Shown: one piece after another, positions 10,861 to 20,301 of the stretch | Position numbering within the stretch: position 1 is the first letter of the stretch | Layout: each line of letters opens with the position of its first letter | Source of the DNA: Patescibacteria group bacterium | Lineage (GTDB): Bacteria > Patescibacteriota > Minisyncoccia > Phycocordibacterales > UBA9973 | Length of the DNA stretch: 64,000 bases | Direction: 5' to 3' | NCBI GenBank assembly: GCA_038063535.1 | Contig: JBBTUV010000003.1 | Span: forward strand, 83,179 to 147,178 | Made by a program: the position numbers and the translations under genes | The notes under the pieces: generated by a model | What the model was told of the DNA's origin: nothing | What the model saw: the letters and a program-made list of their open reading frames with translations, nothing else | Databases searched by the model: none

Positions 10861-10976
10861 CTTTTTTTCTAAAAAGAAGCCATAGAGCCAATTATTAGTT
10901 ATTAATATCGTTAGTAATTAAGTCTTAGCGACTGGTTCTCGTACGTTAAGTTTTAACTATTAGCACAAAAATTATT

Positions 10977-12167
10977 ATGGCAGAAGAATTTAAGAGAGAC
11001 AAGCCGCACATTAACGTCGGTACCATCGGTCACGTCGACCATGGTAAGACTACGCTCACGGCGGCGATCCTCCATGTTCTAAACATGGCGGGCAAGCAAG
11101 TGCGCTTGAAGGGGGTTGATCAGATCGACAATGCCCCGGAAGAAAAAGCGCGCGGAATCACCATTAACATTTCGCACAACGAGTATGCGACCGACACTCG
11201 GCACTACGCGCACATCGACGCCCCAGGGCACGCCGACTATATCAAGAACATGATCACCGGCGCCGCGCAAATGGACGGCGCGATCCTCGTCGTTGCAGCG
11301 ACCGACGGCGCGATGCCGCAGACCAGAGAGCACGTACTACTCGCACGCCAAGTAGGTGTGCCGAAGATGATTGTATTTCTTAACAAGTGCGATATGGTCG
11401 ACGATAAAGATATGGTTGACCTAGTCGAAGAGGAAATTCGAGAGCTTTTGGCCAAGCAAGGCTTTGACAAAGATTGCCCGGTCATTCGCGGCTCCGCCTT
11501 GAAGGGCCTTGAATCCAAATCCGTCGATGACGAATGGGCGAAGAAGATCCTCGAGCTCGTGACTGCGCTTGACACCTACATTCCGGTCCCGGTTCGAGAC
11601 ACGGCAAAGCCGTTTCTCATGCCGGTAGAAGACATCTTCTCGATCGAAGGCCGCGGCACGGTGGTAACAGGAAAGATCGAGCGGGGCACCGTAAAAGTCG
11701 GTGAGGAAATCGAAGTGGTTGGGATCAAAGCCACTCAGAAAACTACGGTTACCGGCATCGAAATGTTCAACAAGAACCTTCAGGAAGGTATGGCTGGCGA
11801 CAATGCCGGAGTACTTCTGCGGGGCTTGAAGAAAGAAGACATTACTCGAGGCCAGGTGCTCGCTAAGTCCGGGACCGTTACCCCGCATGACAACTTTACC
11901 GCCGAGATTTATGTTCTAAAGAAAGAGGAAGGCGGGCGTCACACCCCGTTCTTTACCGGCTATAAGCCGCAGTTCTACATCCGCACCACCGACGTTACTG
12001 GCGAGGTAACCCTTGCCGAGGGGACGGAGATGGTTATGCCGGGCGATACCGTGAAAATCACAGTCAAACTTGTTACGCCCGTTGCCCTTGAAGAGTCTCA
12101 GAGATTTGCTATCCGCGAAGGCGGGAAAACCGTTGGTGCCGGAGTGGTGACCAAAATCCTGGGATAA
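10977..12167 (+). CDS. tuf: Elongation factor Tu
   Basis: [14 protein letters not shown] (G1), DAPGHADY (G3), NKCD (G4). 396 aa. Confidence 0.97.
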   Translation: MAEEFKRDKPHINVGTIGHVDHGKTTLTAAILHVLNMAGKQVRLKGVDQIDNAPEEKARGITINISHNEYATDTRHYAHIDAPGHADYIKNMITGAAQMDGAILVVAATDGAMPQTREHVLLARQVGVPKMIVFLNKCDMVDDKDMVDLVEEEIRELLAKQGFDKDCPVIRGSALKGLESKSVDDEWAKKILELVTALDTYIPVPVRDTAKPFLMPVEDIFSIEGRGTVVTGKIERGTVKVGEEIEVVGIKATQKTTVTGIEMFNKNLQEGMAGDNAGVLLRGLKKEDITRGQVLAKSGTVTPHDNFTAEIYVLKKEEGGRHTPFFTGYKPQFYIRTTDVTGEVTLAEGTEMVMPGDTVKITVKLVTPVALEESQRFAIREGGKTVGAGVVTKILG

Positions 12168-12168
12168 C

Positions 12169-12585
12169 ATGGCTGAAAAAGTAGCAACAAAGAAAAAACC
12201 CGCAAAAGGGGCGAAGGCAGTGCCTCTACCCAAGGTATCACTTAAGCCGAAGGAAAAGAAAGGTAAAACAGATGAGGGTAAAGTGGTTCTCCGGATTCGG
12301 GTACGCGCGTACGAGAGCAAGATCCTGGACGCCTCGGTCAAACAGATTATCGATACTGCCCGTCGTTACGACGCAGATATCGTAGGCCCGATACCGCTCC
12401 CAACCGAGATCAAAAAGTACACGGTGAACCGCGCATCTTTTATCTACAAGAACTCCCGTGAGCAGTTCGAGATGCGGGTGCACAAAAGGCTAATCGATAT
12501 CGTGAATCCGAACGCAAAGACGATCGAGGCGCTCACCAACCTCTCGCTTCCTTCTGGGGTGGATATTGACGTGAAAATGGTATGA
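12169..12585 (+). CDS. rpsJ: 30S ribosomal protein S10, with an apparent ~36-aa Lys-rich N-terminal extension. Alternative GTG start near 12277 would give a canonical-length protein.
   Basis: Core RIRVRAYESKILD...GPIPLPT...FEMRVHKRLIDI matches S10. The ATG at 12169 has no Shine-Dalgarno sequence. An internal GTG is preceded by GAGGG. Confidence 0.85.
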   Translation: MAEKVATKKKPAKGAKAVPLPKVSLKPKEKKGKTDEGKVVLRIRVRAYESKILDASVKQIIDTARRYDADIVGPIPLPTEIKKYTVNRASFIYKNSREQFEMRVHKRLIDIVNPNAKTIEALTNLSLPSGVDIDVKMV

Positions 12586-13145
12586 AATTTATCCTTGGGA
12601 AAAAAGAAAAAATGATTGAATTCTTCTCCGAAGACGGTAGAGCCGTCCCGGTGACCGCGGTTTTGGCGGGCCCTGTCGTCGTAACGCGAGTGCTTGAGAA
12701 ATCTAAAGACGGATACGATGCCGTGCAAGTGAGCATGGAAGGCAAGAAAAAAGTCCTGAAAGAATTTCGAATCAAGCCAGGCGAAAAAAGCGAGGTGAAG
12801 ATCGGAGACACTATCGACGTATCGGTTTTCGCTCCCGGGGACAAACTTGCCGTCTCGGGGATTTCAAAGGGCAAGGGATTCCAAGGTGTGGTAAAGCGGC
12901 ACGGATTCCGCGGCGGGCCCCGCACTCACGGACAAAAACATTCCGAGCGCGAGCCGGGTTCGATCGGAGGCGGCCTCCGCACTCATATCCCGAAAGGCAT
13001 GCGCATGGGGGGCAGAATGGGCAGCGACAGGGTGACACAGAAAAATTTGACCGTGGTATCGGTGGACAAAGAGAACAATCTGCTTCTAGTAAAGGGGGCA
13101 CTTCCGGGAGTAAGGGGAACGCTGGTAGAAATAATTTCAAGATAA
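12582..13145 (+). CDS. rplC: 50S ribosomal protein L3
   Basis: S10-operon position. Gly-rich FQGVVKRHGF...GGGLRTH motifs. Confidence 0.9.
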   Translation: MKFILGKKEKMIEFFSEDGRAVPVTAVLAGPVVVTRVLEKSKDGYDAVQVSMEGKKKVLKEFRIKPGEKSEVKIGDTIDVSVFAPGDKLAVSGISKGKGFQGVVKRHGFRGGPRTHGQKHSEREPGSIGGGLRTHIPKGMRMGGRMGSDRVTQKNLTVVSVDKENNLLLVKGALPGVRGTLVEIISR

Positions 13146-13146
13146 C

Positions 13147-13803
13147 ATGCAAGCGAAAATTTACAATCAAAGCGGAAAAGAAGCAGGCAAGGTAGAACTT
13201 CCCGAGAGGGTTTTTGCTGCGCGTTTTCGCGCAGACCTGGTACACCAGGTGGTGGAGAGCATGCGTTCTAATAAGCGAGCAGGCACCGCGGACACCAAAA
13301 GCCGAGGTGAAGTGCGCGGCGGAGGTCGGAAGCCTTGGAAACAGAAAGGGACCGGCCGGGCCCGGCACGGCTCGATACGCTCGCCGATATGGGTCGGCGG
13401 CGGCGTGACGCACGGCCCGCTTGCGGAGAAAAACTACAAGCGCAAAATTTCAAAAAAGATGCGGGCCCAGGCACTTTTCTCGGTGCTCTCTAAAAAACTC
13501 GCCGACGGGGAAATTCTTTTTGTCGACACTCTGGCGCTTCCCGAGATCAAAACCAAAAAGGCGGTGGAGGTAATCAGAAATCTCGAAAAGGCTGCAGGAT
13601 GGAGCATTGGAAGAGGCAAGAAAAAAATACTGACCGCTCTCTATGATCGGGACGGAAAAAAAGAAAAAAGTTTCCGGAACATTGCCGAGCTCGAGACGAG
13701 CTTCGTTAAAAATTTAAATCCACTCGACGCACTTAACAGGAAGTATTTAATTATAGAGAATCCGGAAGAGAGTGTGAAATTCTTTTCCGAGCGCGGTAAG
13801 TAA
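13147..13803 (+). CDS. rplD: 50S ribosomal protein L4
   Basis: Operon position. RGGGRKPWKQKGTGRAR motif of L4. Confidence 0.9.
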   Translation: MQAKIYNQSGKEAGKVELPERVFAARFRADLVHQVVESMRSNKRAGTADTKSRGEVRGGGRKPWKQKGTGRARHGSIRSPIWVGGGVTHGPLAEKNYKRKISKKMRAQALFSVLSKKLADGEILFVDTLALPEIKTKKAVEVIRNLEKAAGWSIGRGKKKILTALYDRDGKKEKSFRNIAELETSFVKNLNPLDALNRKYLIIENPEESVKFFSERGK

Positions 13804-13807
13804 TTTT

Positions 13808-14083
13808 ATGGAGATCGGGAAAATAATCAAAAATCCAAGGGTTACGGAAAAAGGAAGTCTCCTCGGCGCAACAGGGGCCTATGTTTTTGACATTACCGAT
13901 GATGCAGGGAAGGATGAGGTCAAAAAAGCGATCTTTGCGCTTTACAAAGTGAAGCCCCGGAAAGTGAACATACTGAAAGTTCCGGCCAAAAAGATGAGGA
14001 GCCGAGGGAAGGTCGGCGTAAAGAGCGGCGGGAGGAAAGCTGTCGTTTACCTTTCCGCGGGGGATAAAATAGAATTCGTATAA
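13808..14083 (+). CDS. rplW: 50S ribosomal protein L23
   Basis: Operon position and size (91 aa). L23-like KVNILKVPAKK segment. Confidence 0.85.
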   Translation: MEIGKIIKNPRVTEKGSLLGATGAYVFDITDDAGKDEVKKAIFALYKVKPRKVNILKVPAKKMRSRGKVGVKSGGRKAVVYLSAGDKIEFV

Positions 14084-14928
14084 TGAGAACATACAGACCG
14101 ACAACTAAATCGAGAAGGCAGATGTCCCGAGTGGACTATTCGCATCTCACCAAAAAAGCTCCGGAGAAGTCCCTGACTCGGGGCTGGCAGCGCAGGCACG
14201 GACGCAACAGCGCCGGGCGCATCACTACCCGACACAAAGGCGGGGGGCATAAACGGCTCTTTCGGGCGATTGATTTCTTATATGACAAGCGCGACATTCC
14301 CGCCACCGTCCGCTCGGTGGAGTATGATCCGAATCGCAGCGCCTTCATCGGGCTTGCGGTCTATCGCGATGGGGAGAAAAGGTATGTGGTGTTGCCGAAA
14401 GACGTTTCGCCCGGGGGCACTTTTGTCGTTTCCGAGAAAGCCGAGCTTAAACCCGGCAATCGTCTGCCGCTCAAAAATATTCCGGTCGGAACTTTTGTAT
14501 ATAACGTGGAGCTCAAACGCGGAGGCGGAGCCAAACTTGCCCGCTCGGCAGGAATTTTCGCCCAAGTAGTCGCAAACGCCGACGGATACACTAACTTGAA
14601 GATGCCCTCGACCGAGGTAAGGAAAGTGGATGAGGAATGCTGGGCAACCATCGGGGTAGTTTCGAACGAGGAGCACCATTTGGAAAATTACGGTAAAGCT
14701 GGACGCAGTCGCTGGAAAGGAATTCGCCCAACCGTGCGCGGCACGGCGATGAACCCGGTGGATCATCCATACGGAGGTGGCGAAGGCCGGCAAGGTAGGG
14801 GCACACGAAGGCCGAAAACGCTCTGGGGCAAGGTCACTGGAGGCCGCAAGACCCGCACTCCGAAGAAATATTCGAATATTTTCATCGTCTCCCGCCGCCG
14901 AACCGGCAAGAGTAGAAAGCAAACTTAG
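14083..14928 (+). CDS. rplB: 50S ribosomal protein L2
   Basis: GRNSAGRITTRHKGGGHKR and HPYGGGEGR motifs. Confidence 0.95.
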   Translation: MRTYRPTTKSRRQMSRVDYSHLTKKAPEKSLTRGWQRRHGRNSAGRITTRHKGGGHKRLFRAIDFLYDKRDIPATVRSVEYDPNRSAFIGLAVYRDGEKRYVVLPKDVSPGGTFVVSEKAELKPGNRLPLKNIPVGTFVYNVELKRGGGAKLARSAGIFAQVVANADGYTNLKMPSTEVRKVDEECWATIGVVSNEEHHLENYGKAGRSRWKGIRPTVRGTAMNPVDHPYGGGEGRQGRGTRRPKTLWGKVTGGRKTRTPKKYSNIFIVSRRRTGKSRKQT

Positions 14929-14946
14929 TGTGATATAATTGGGTAG

Positions 14947-15192
14947 ATGATGTTCAAACCCGACACTCCTCCCGAGGGCAAGAGAATGGAAAGACGTCTA
15001 CGCCCCGGGAAATGTCCAATCCACGGGGAAGTGGCTTTTCTGGATGGGGAATGCATTAAGTGCAACCCGAGAGATGGCTCCGAGCATTTTCTTTCCGAGC
15101 CTTCGATCGAAAGCTCTCCTCTGACGCGGCGGAGTCGTGTTGATTTCCACGAACAGCAACTCCCAAGGGGCGATCGTTCCGACGCAGCCTAG
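14947..15192 (+). CDS. Hypothetical 81-aa protein with a CPIHG...CIKC (Cys-x2-His / Cys-x2-Cys) putative zinc-ribbon, inserted between rplB and rpsS
   Basis: Intact ORF in a position that is normally a tight rplB-rpsS junction. A TATAAT-like box lies just upstream. Followed by a GC hairpin. Confidence 0.4.
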   Translation: MMFKPDTPPEGKRMERRLRPGKCPIHGEVAFLDGECIKCNPRDGSEHFLSEPSIESSPLTRRSRVDFHEQQLPRGDRSDAA

Positions 15193-15195
15193 CCT

Positions 15196-15225
15196 GGGCA
15201 GCCTTACGGCTGCCCTTGTCTATTT
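15196..15225 (+). terminator. GC-rich hairpin GGGCAGCC-TTAC-GGCTGCCC followed by TTGTCTATTT (terminator/attenuator-like) inside the ribosomal operon
   Basis: Perfect 8-bp inverted repeat seen directly. U-tract is imperfect. Confidence 0.45.
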
Positions 15226-15275
15226 AGGCTCAATTTGCTATTATCTTTCCAAGCTCAATTGGGAGCTTTTTATTT

Positions 15276-15629
15276 ATGACAAGGTCAATTAAAAAAGGAA
15301 TGTATATAGACCCAGGGCTCCTAGAGAAAATCAAGGGCAAAAACCCCATGCAAACTCCGCCGATCAAGACCTGGAAGCGCGCCTCCCAAATTTCTCCCGA
15401 AATGATTGGTTTCACCTTCGGGATCCACAACGGGAAGACCCATGTCGAAGTTCTGATTACTGAGGACATGGTCGGGCACAGGCTCGGCGAATTTTCCCCG
15501 ACCAGGAAATTTATCAAGCACGGCGGGCGCATGCAGAAAGAGATCGAAATGAAACAGAAGGAAACAGAAATAGCGCAGGCGAAAGCCGCTACTGAGGCCG
15601 CGACGGCCGCCAAGGGTCCCGCAAAGTAG
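15276..15629 (+). CDS. rpsS: 30S ribosomal protein S19 with ~25-aa Ala/Lys-rich C-terminal extension
   Basis: GFTFGIHNGKTHVEV...GHRLGEFSPTRKF core of S19. The extension is ...KQKETEIAQAKAATEAATAAKGPAK. Confidence 0.9.
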   Translation: MTRSIKKGMYIDPGLLEKIKGKNPMQTPPIKTWKRASQISPEMIGFTFGIHNGKTHVEVLITEDMVGHRLGEFSPTRKFIKHGGRMQKEIEMKQKETEIAQAKAATEAATAAKGPAK

Positions 15630-15653
15630 TTCGACAGGCTCACATAAATAGTT

Positions 15654-15983
15654 ATGAAAGCATTTTTGAAAAATTACAGACAATCTCCGAGAAAAGTTCG
15701 CTTAGTGGCGGATTTGATCAAGAACAAAAAGGTGGAGGATGCCCTTACCAAACTTGAGTTCTTGGCCAAGCGCGCCGGGGCGCCGCTCCGGAAACTGCTT
15801 CTCTCGGCTGTCGCGAACGCGCGCACGCAAGGGTTTGCGAAAGAAAATTTGAAAGTAAAGGAACTTCGCGTGGATAAGGGTTTAGTTTATAAAAGGATGA
15901 TGCCCCGGGCGATGGGTCGTGCTTCCCGGATAAATAAAAGAACGAGCAACGTCACTCTCGTCCTCTCTGAAAAAAGCAAATGA
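15654..15983 (+). CDS. rplV: 50S ribosomal protein L22
   Basis: Operon position. SPRKVRLVADLIKNKKVEDAL L22 N-terminus. Confidence 0.9.
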   Translation: MKAFLKNYRQSPRKVRLVADLIKNKKVEDALTKLEFLAKRAGAPLRKLLLSAVANARTQGFAKENLKVKELRVDKGLVYKRMMPRAMGRASRINKRTSNVTLVLSEKSK

Positions 15984-16654
15984 GTAAAATTGTCCATCCA
16001 TACGCGCATAGGCTGGTAACACTTCGAGACTGGAAGTCCCGCTGGTTTGCTGATCCGAAAAAATATATTGATTATCTCCGCGGCGACGTGCTCCTCCGCG
16101 AGCACCTCGAGAAAAAACTCCGCGGCATGTATGTTTCTTCAGTTGAGATCGAAAGATCTCGTAAGGCTACCCGCTTTATCATAAGAACCTCCCGACCCGG
16201 ACTTCTTATCGGCCGCTCCGGAGAGGGGGTCGCCAAACTCAAAGACGACATTTTGAAAAAGATCGCCAAGCTCGGCTTGCCGCGGCCGGAAGATTTCAAA
16301 CTGGAGATCGTTGAAGTCAGTAATCCGGAGGCCGACGCCTCGGTGGTGGCCTATATGGTCGCGGAGGGCCTCGAGAAAAGGATGCCCTACCGGAGGATCT
16401 CGAAGCAGGTGCTCGAGAAGGTCATGTCCACGCGCGGAGTGGAAGGCGCGCGGATCGTGCTTTCTGGTCGCCTCGGCGGTGCGGAGATCGCCCGGACAGA
16501 GGAATTCAAGCGCGGCTCGATTCCGCTTCAGACACTTCGCGCAGACATAGATTTCAAACGAGAACGCGCGGTCATGCCCTACGGGACGATCGGGATAAAA
16601 GTTTGGATTTATCGAGGGAAAATTTATGCTAATACCCAAAAAAGTAAAATTTAG
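15980..16654 (+). CDS. rpsC: 30S ribosomal protein S3
   Basis: KH domain plus C-terminal S3 domain (RLGGAEIARTEEFKRGSIPLQTLRADID). Confidence 0.93.
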   Translation: MSKIVHPYAHRLVTLRDWKSRWFADPKKYIDYLRGDVLLREHLEKKLRGMYVSSVEIERSRKATRFIIRTSRPGLLIGRSGEGVAKLKDDILKKIAKLGLPRPEDFKLEIVEVSNPEADASVVAYMVAEGLEKRMPYRRISKQVLEKVMSTRGVEGARIVLSGRLGGAEIARTEEFKRGSIPLQTLRADIDFKRERAVMPYGTIGIKVWIYRGKIYANTQKSKI

Positions 16655-17048
16655 AAAGTGGCAGACCGGCCGGAGGAACCCGAAAAAAGTCGGCCCGGAT
16701 ACGCGCGGCTCGCGCCTCTCTTTCGGCTCGTATGGCCTGAAGGCCGAATCGGCCGCCCGGGTGCGCTCCAATCAACTCGAGTCGGCAAGAAAAATAATTT
16801 CGCGTACTTTAACCAAAGCCGGTAAATATTGGATCCGTGTTTTTCCGGACAGGCCTTACACTGCTAAACCTGCCGAGATGGGCATGGGCAAAGGCAAGGG
16901 CGATCCGCAAGGATATTCGGTGGCAGTTTTCCCCGGCCGAATAATTTTCGAAGTGGACGGGGTGGAAGAAGCGGTTGCACGCGAAGCGCTTCGCAAAGCG
17001 GGCGCGAAGCTGCCGGTCAAATCAAGGATGGTAAAGCGAATGCACTAA
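16626..17048 (+). CDS. rplP: 50S ribosomal protein L16
   Basis: MLIPKKVKFRKWQTGRR... L16 N-terminus. Confidence 0.92.
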   Translation: MLIPKKVKFRKWQTGRRNPKKVGPDTRGSRLSFGSYGLKAESAARVRSNQLESARKIISRTLTKAGKYWIRVFPDRPYTAKPAEMGMGKGKGDPQGYSVAVFPGRIIFEVDGVEEAVAREALRKAGAKLPVKSRMVKRMH

Positions 17049-17049
17049 G

Positions 17050-17247
17050 ATGAAAAAGAGTAATTTAAAAACATTAAGCGCGGGGGAACTTGAGAAAAAA
17101 GTGTCGGAGATGGAGGAATCACTCCGGGAGCTTCGTTTCAAATCTGAGGGGGCTCGGCCGAAGAATGTGAAGGGGGAAAGATCGCTCCGCAAGGAAATCG
17201 CTCGGGCGCTTACGTTTTTACAAATGCAAAAACAACATGAACACTAA
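17050..17247 (+). CDS. rpmC: 50S ribosomal protein L29
   Basis: 65 aa, [11 protein letters not shown]... L29-like helix. Operon position. Confidence 0.85.
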   Translation: MKKSNLKTLSAGELEKKVSEMEESLRELRFKSEGARPKNVKGERSLRKEIARALTFLQMQKQHEH

Positions 17248-17473
17248 AAAGGGAGGAAAAATTTTGGAAGGGGTAGTCGTATCGGACAAAATGAAGGGCA
17301 CGATAGTGGTTTCTGTTTCCCGCTTCGTAAAACACAAAAAATACGGAAAATTCTACAAGATCACTAAAAAATACAAGGCGGACGATCCGGGCAATCAGCA
17401 CAAAGCCGGAGAGAAGGTGGCCATCGTCGAAACCCGGCCGATATCAAAGGATAAAAGATTCAAAGTACTATGA
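17237..17473 (+). CDS. rpsQ: 30S ribosomal protein S17
   Basis: [16 protein letters not shown]...[27 protein letters not shown] (OB fold S17). Confidence 0.9.
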   Translation: MNTKKGGKILEGVVVSDKMKGTIVVSVSRFVKHKKYGKFYKITKKYKADDPGNQHKAGEKVAIVETRPISKDKRFKVL

Positions 17474-17841
17474 TCCAGCCAAGAAGTTTAGTTAAAATAA
17501 CCGATAATGCGGGCGGAACCTTGGGACAAGTCATCAAAGTGCTCGGCTCTTCGAAGAAAAGATACGCGGGCCTCGGCGAGGTAGTGGTCATCTCTGTTAA
17601 GGTCGCAAGTCCCAGGAAGATGGTGAAGAAAAAGGAGGTTCACCAGGCGGTGGTCGTGCGAACCAGAAATGCCCACCGGCGCGCTGACGGCTCCTATATT
17701 CGGTTTGACGATAACGCAGTGGTGATACTCGAGAAAGGCAAGACCGACCCGAAGGCCGGGCGCATTTTCGGTCCGATCCCGAGGGAGCTTCAGGAAAAAG
17801 GTTATCAAAAGATAATTTCGCTCGCCGAAGAGGTGATATAA
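17470..17841 (+). CDS. rplN: 50S ribosomal protein L14
   Basis: [16 protein letters not shown]...[12 protein letters not shown]... L14. Confidence 0.93.
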   Translation: MIQPRSLVKITDNAGGTLGQVIKVLGSSKKRYAGLGEVVVISVKVASPRKMVKKKEVHQAVVVRTRNAHRRADGSYIRFDDNAVVILEKGKTDPKAGRIFGPIPRELQEKGYQKIISLAEEVI

Positions 17842-17845
17842 ATCT

Positions 17846-18061
17846 ATGCATGTAAAAAAAGGAGACAATGTAATAATAATAGCGGGAAAGGATAAGGGAA
17901 AGAAGGGAAAAGTCGTGAAGGCCTTTCCGAAAATGAATAAAGTCCTGGTCGAGGGGGCGAATATGACCAAGCGGCACCAACGCCCTCGAAAAAAGGGCGA
18001 AAAGGGACAGGTGATGAATGTCGCCATGCCCATTCATGTTTCGAACATAAGAGTCGCGTAA
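17846..18061 (+). CDS. rplX: 50S ribosomal protein L24 (short form, 71 aa, lacks usual C-terminal region)
   Basis: KKGDNVIIIAGKDKGKKGKV KOW motif. Confidence 0.85.
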   Translation: MHVKKGDNVIIIAGKDKGKKGKVVKAFPKMNKVLVEGANMTKRHQRPRKKGEKGQVMNVAMPIHVSNIRVA

Positions 18062-18065
18062 ACAT

Positions 18066-18626
18066 ATGGCCAAGCATTCTACAATCAAAGAAAAGGAGAA
18101 GAGCGCATACGAAAAAATGAAATCAGAGTTTCATTACCGGAACGCCCTGGCCGCTCCGCGAATGCAAAAAATAGTGGTGAACGTGGGCACCGGGACCCTT
18201 ATGAAAAAAGATCAGAAGAAAAACGAAGCGATCACCGAGCGACTTTCCAAAATCACCGGCCAGAAGGCGGCAATGCGCGGCGCGAAAAAATCGATCTCCA
18301 CTTTCAAAGTGCGCCAGGGCGACCCGATAGGCATAGTCGTTACGCTTCGAGGGAAAAGGATGTATGGGTTTCTCGAGAAGCTCATAAACGTGGCGCTCCC
18401 GCGCACCAAAGACTTCCGCGGAATTCCGCGCCGCTCTGTGGACAATATCGGCAACCTCACCATAGGCATCAAAGAGCACACTATTTTCCCGGAAACGGCC
18501 GACGAGGATATTAAGGACGTTTTCGGCATGTCTATCACCCTAGTCTCGAGCGCTAAAGGCAAATCCGACGGCTTGGCGTTCTTCGAACTTTTGGGGATTC
18601 CGTTTCAGAAGGAGGTCAAGAAGTAA
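18066..18626 (+). CDS. rplE: 50S ribosomal protein L5
   Basis: Operon position. L5 motifs (PRMQKIVVNVGTG..., GMSITLVSSAK). Confidence 0.92.
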   Translation: MAKHSTIKEKEKSAYEKMKSEFHYRNALAAPRMQKIVVNVGTGTLMKKDQKKNEAITERLSKITGQKAAMRGAKKSISTFKVRQGDPIGIVVTLRGKRMYGFLEKLINVALPRTKDFRGIPRRSVDNIGNLTIGIKEHTIFPETADEDIKDVFGMSITLVSSAKGKSDGLAFFELLGIPFQKEVKK

Positions 18627-18723
18627 TTTGACCGAAGTCAGCTTATCTGCTAATATACGTTACAAGGGTAACAAGCTTTGAAGAATCCTTTTTAGGATAT
18701 TATCAAGGCACCCCTTTATTTTT

Positions 18724-18909
18724 ATGGCAAAAAAATCGGTCGTCGCCAGAAGCAAAAAGAAGCCCAAATTCTCTAGCCGGCAGAAGAACCGCTGCTTTCG
18801 TTGCGGGCGGGGGAACGGCTACATGCGGGACTTCGATCTCTGTCGCATTTGTTTTCGCGAACTCGCCAACGAAGGCATGTTGCCCGGTGTTCGTAAATCA
18901 AGCTGGTAA
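18724..18909 (+). CDS. rpsZ: 30S ribosomal protein S14 type Z (zinc-binding, 61 aa)
   Basis: [23 protein letters not shown] = C-x2-C...C-x2-C S14-Z signature. Confidence 0.92.
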   Translation: MAKKSVVARSKKKPKFSSRQKNRCFRCGRGNGYMRDFDLCRICFRELANEGMLPGVRKSSW

Positions 18910-19050
18910 CATGGATCCCGTTAGAAGCCGCGATCGCAATTTAAATATAAACAAAAATATGAAATTAAGTAATAGAAAAATTAGTAAGATAATATATCAG
19001 ACAAGCGAGTTGATCGCGATCTGCTTCTAAACGGGATGGATCCGATAGCA
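18910..19050. repeat. Imperfect ~30-bp inverted repeat flanking a ~65-nt AT-rich spacer between rpsZ and rpsH. The right arm covers the rpsH RBS and start codon.
   Basis: Left arm ATGGATCCCGTTAGAAGCCGCGATCGC. Right arm GATCGCGATCTGCTTCTAAACGGGATGGATCC. Arms are complementary with one indel. Confidence 0.6.
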
Positions 19051-19422
19051 AACATGATTATAATGATGAAGAACGCCTCGCTCGCCGGCAGGCCGACTGT
19101 GATCCTGCCTTATTCGAAGGTCAAAGAAACAATACTCGAGTGTCTAAAAAAGGAAGGATACGTCGCAAAATTTGAGAGGAAAACACAGAAAGATCACCCG
19201 GTGCTTGAGGTAGAGCTCTCCTATACCGATGAAAGGCCAAAAATTACCGAGGCAGAGAGAGTCTCCAAGCAGTCAAAGAGAGTTTACATAAAAGTGAAGG
19301 ATATTCATTCGGTACGCGGTGGCACAGGAATCCTCGTGCTCTCGACTCCGAAAGGAATTTTATCAGGCAAGGACGCGTGGCGTGAAAAGGTCGGAGGCGA
19401 AGCATTGTTTAAACTCTGGTAA
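19036..19422 (+). CDS. rpsH: 30S ribosomal protein S8
   Basis: MDPIANMIIMMKNA... S8 N-terminus, C-terminal ...GGEALFKLW. Confidence 0.92.
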   Translation: MDPIANMIIMMKNASLAGRPTVILPYSKVKETILECLKKEGYVAKFERKTQKDHPVLEVELSYTDERPKITEAERVSKQSKRVYIKVKDIHSVRGGTGILVLSTPKGILSGKDAWREKVGGEALFKLW

Positions 19423-19955
19423 TGTCAAAAGTCGGCAAAAAAGAAATAGTGATACCCGACGGAGTGAAAGTCGAGCAAAGCGGAGGGGAATTCTCGGTGT
19501 CGGGCCCCAAGGGCACGCTTAAGAGATCTTTCCGAAACGATATCGAAATCAAAATCGGTGATAAGACCATAAATCTCTTGCCGAAAAGGAACGATAAATT
19601 CTCCCAATCTCTTTGGGGCACTTACGCTTCGCATATCCGCAACATGATCGCCGGAGTCCAGGCTCCCTACGAGAAGAAGCTCATCCTCGAAGGCATCGGG
19701 TTCAAGTCCGAGGTGAAGGGCGAGGAACTCAACTTGGCCCTAGGATTCTCCCATCCGGTTGTCAGGAAAATCCCGGAAGGCCTTACCGTAACCGCCGAGA
19801 AGAACGTGATCGCAGTATCCGGGATAGACAAGGAACTCGTCGGCTCATTCACCGCCGCGGTCCGGGCGCTAAAGAAACCGGAGCCATACAAAGGTAAAGG
19901 CATGCGCTACGAGGATGAAGTGATCAGGCGCAAGCAGGGCAAGAAAACCGTCTAA
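19422..19955 (+). CDS. rplF: 50S ribosomal protein L6
   Basis: Two L6 alpha/beta repeats. Operon position. Confidence 0.9.
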   Translation: MSKVGKKEIVIPDGVKVEQSGGEFSVSGPKGTLKRSFRNDIEIKIGDKTINLLPKRNDKFSQSLWGTYASHIRNMIAGVQAPYEKKLILEGIGFKSEVKGEELNLALGFSHPVVRKIPEGLTVTAEKNVIAVSGIDKELVGSFTAAVRALKKPEPYKGKGMRYEDEVIRRKQGKKTV

Positions 19956-19957
19956 TC

Positions 19958-20299
19958 ATGCAAAGCAAACTCGAAAAAAGAAATAGGCTCAAGGGAAAGA
20001 TCCGGGCGAAGATATCCGGGGATAAGGAGCGCCCGCGCCTTTCGGTCTACCGATCGAACCGATTCATCTACGCGCAAGTTATCGATGACCGGAGCGGCAA
20101 GACCCTGGCCTCGGCAAGCGACCTCTCGCTCAAGAAGGGCACCAAAACCGAGCACGCAAAGGAAGTCGGGAAACTTATCGGTGCCGCTTGCCAGAAGGCA
20201 AAGATCAAACGAGTGGTTTTCGACCGGAACGGTTTCAAATACACCGGCCGGATAAAACTGGTCGCTGATTCGGCGCGAGAGGCCGGTCTAGAATTTTAG
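19958..20299 (+). CDS. rplR: 50S ribosomal protein L18
   Basis: [18 protein letters not shown]... L18 signature. Confidence 0.92.
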   Translation: MQSKLEKRNRLKGKIRAKISGDKERPRLSVYRSNRFIYAQVIDDRSGKTLASASDLSLKKGTKTEHAKEVGKLIGAACQKAKIKRVVFDRNGFKYTGRIKLVADSAREAGLEF

Positions 20300-20301
20300 A
20301 T

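Noticed and set aside
18940-19005. AT-rich 65-nt loop between inverted-repeat arms as a possible insertion sequence or MITE
   Set aside because: No transposase, no target-site duplication visible, only a single copy in the window. Reported as a structured intergenic element instead.
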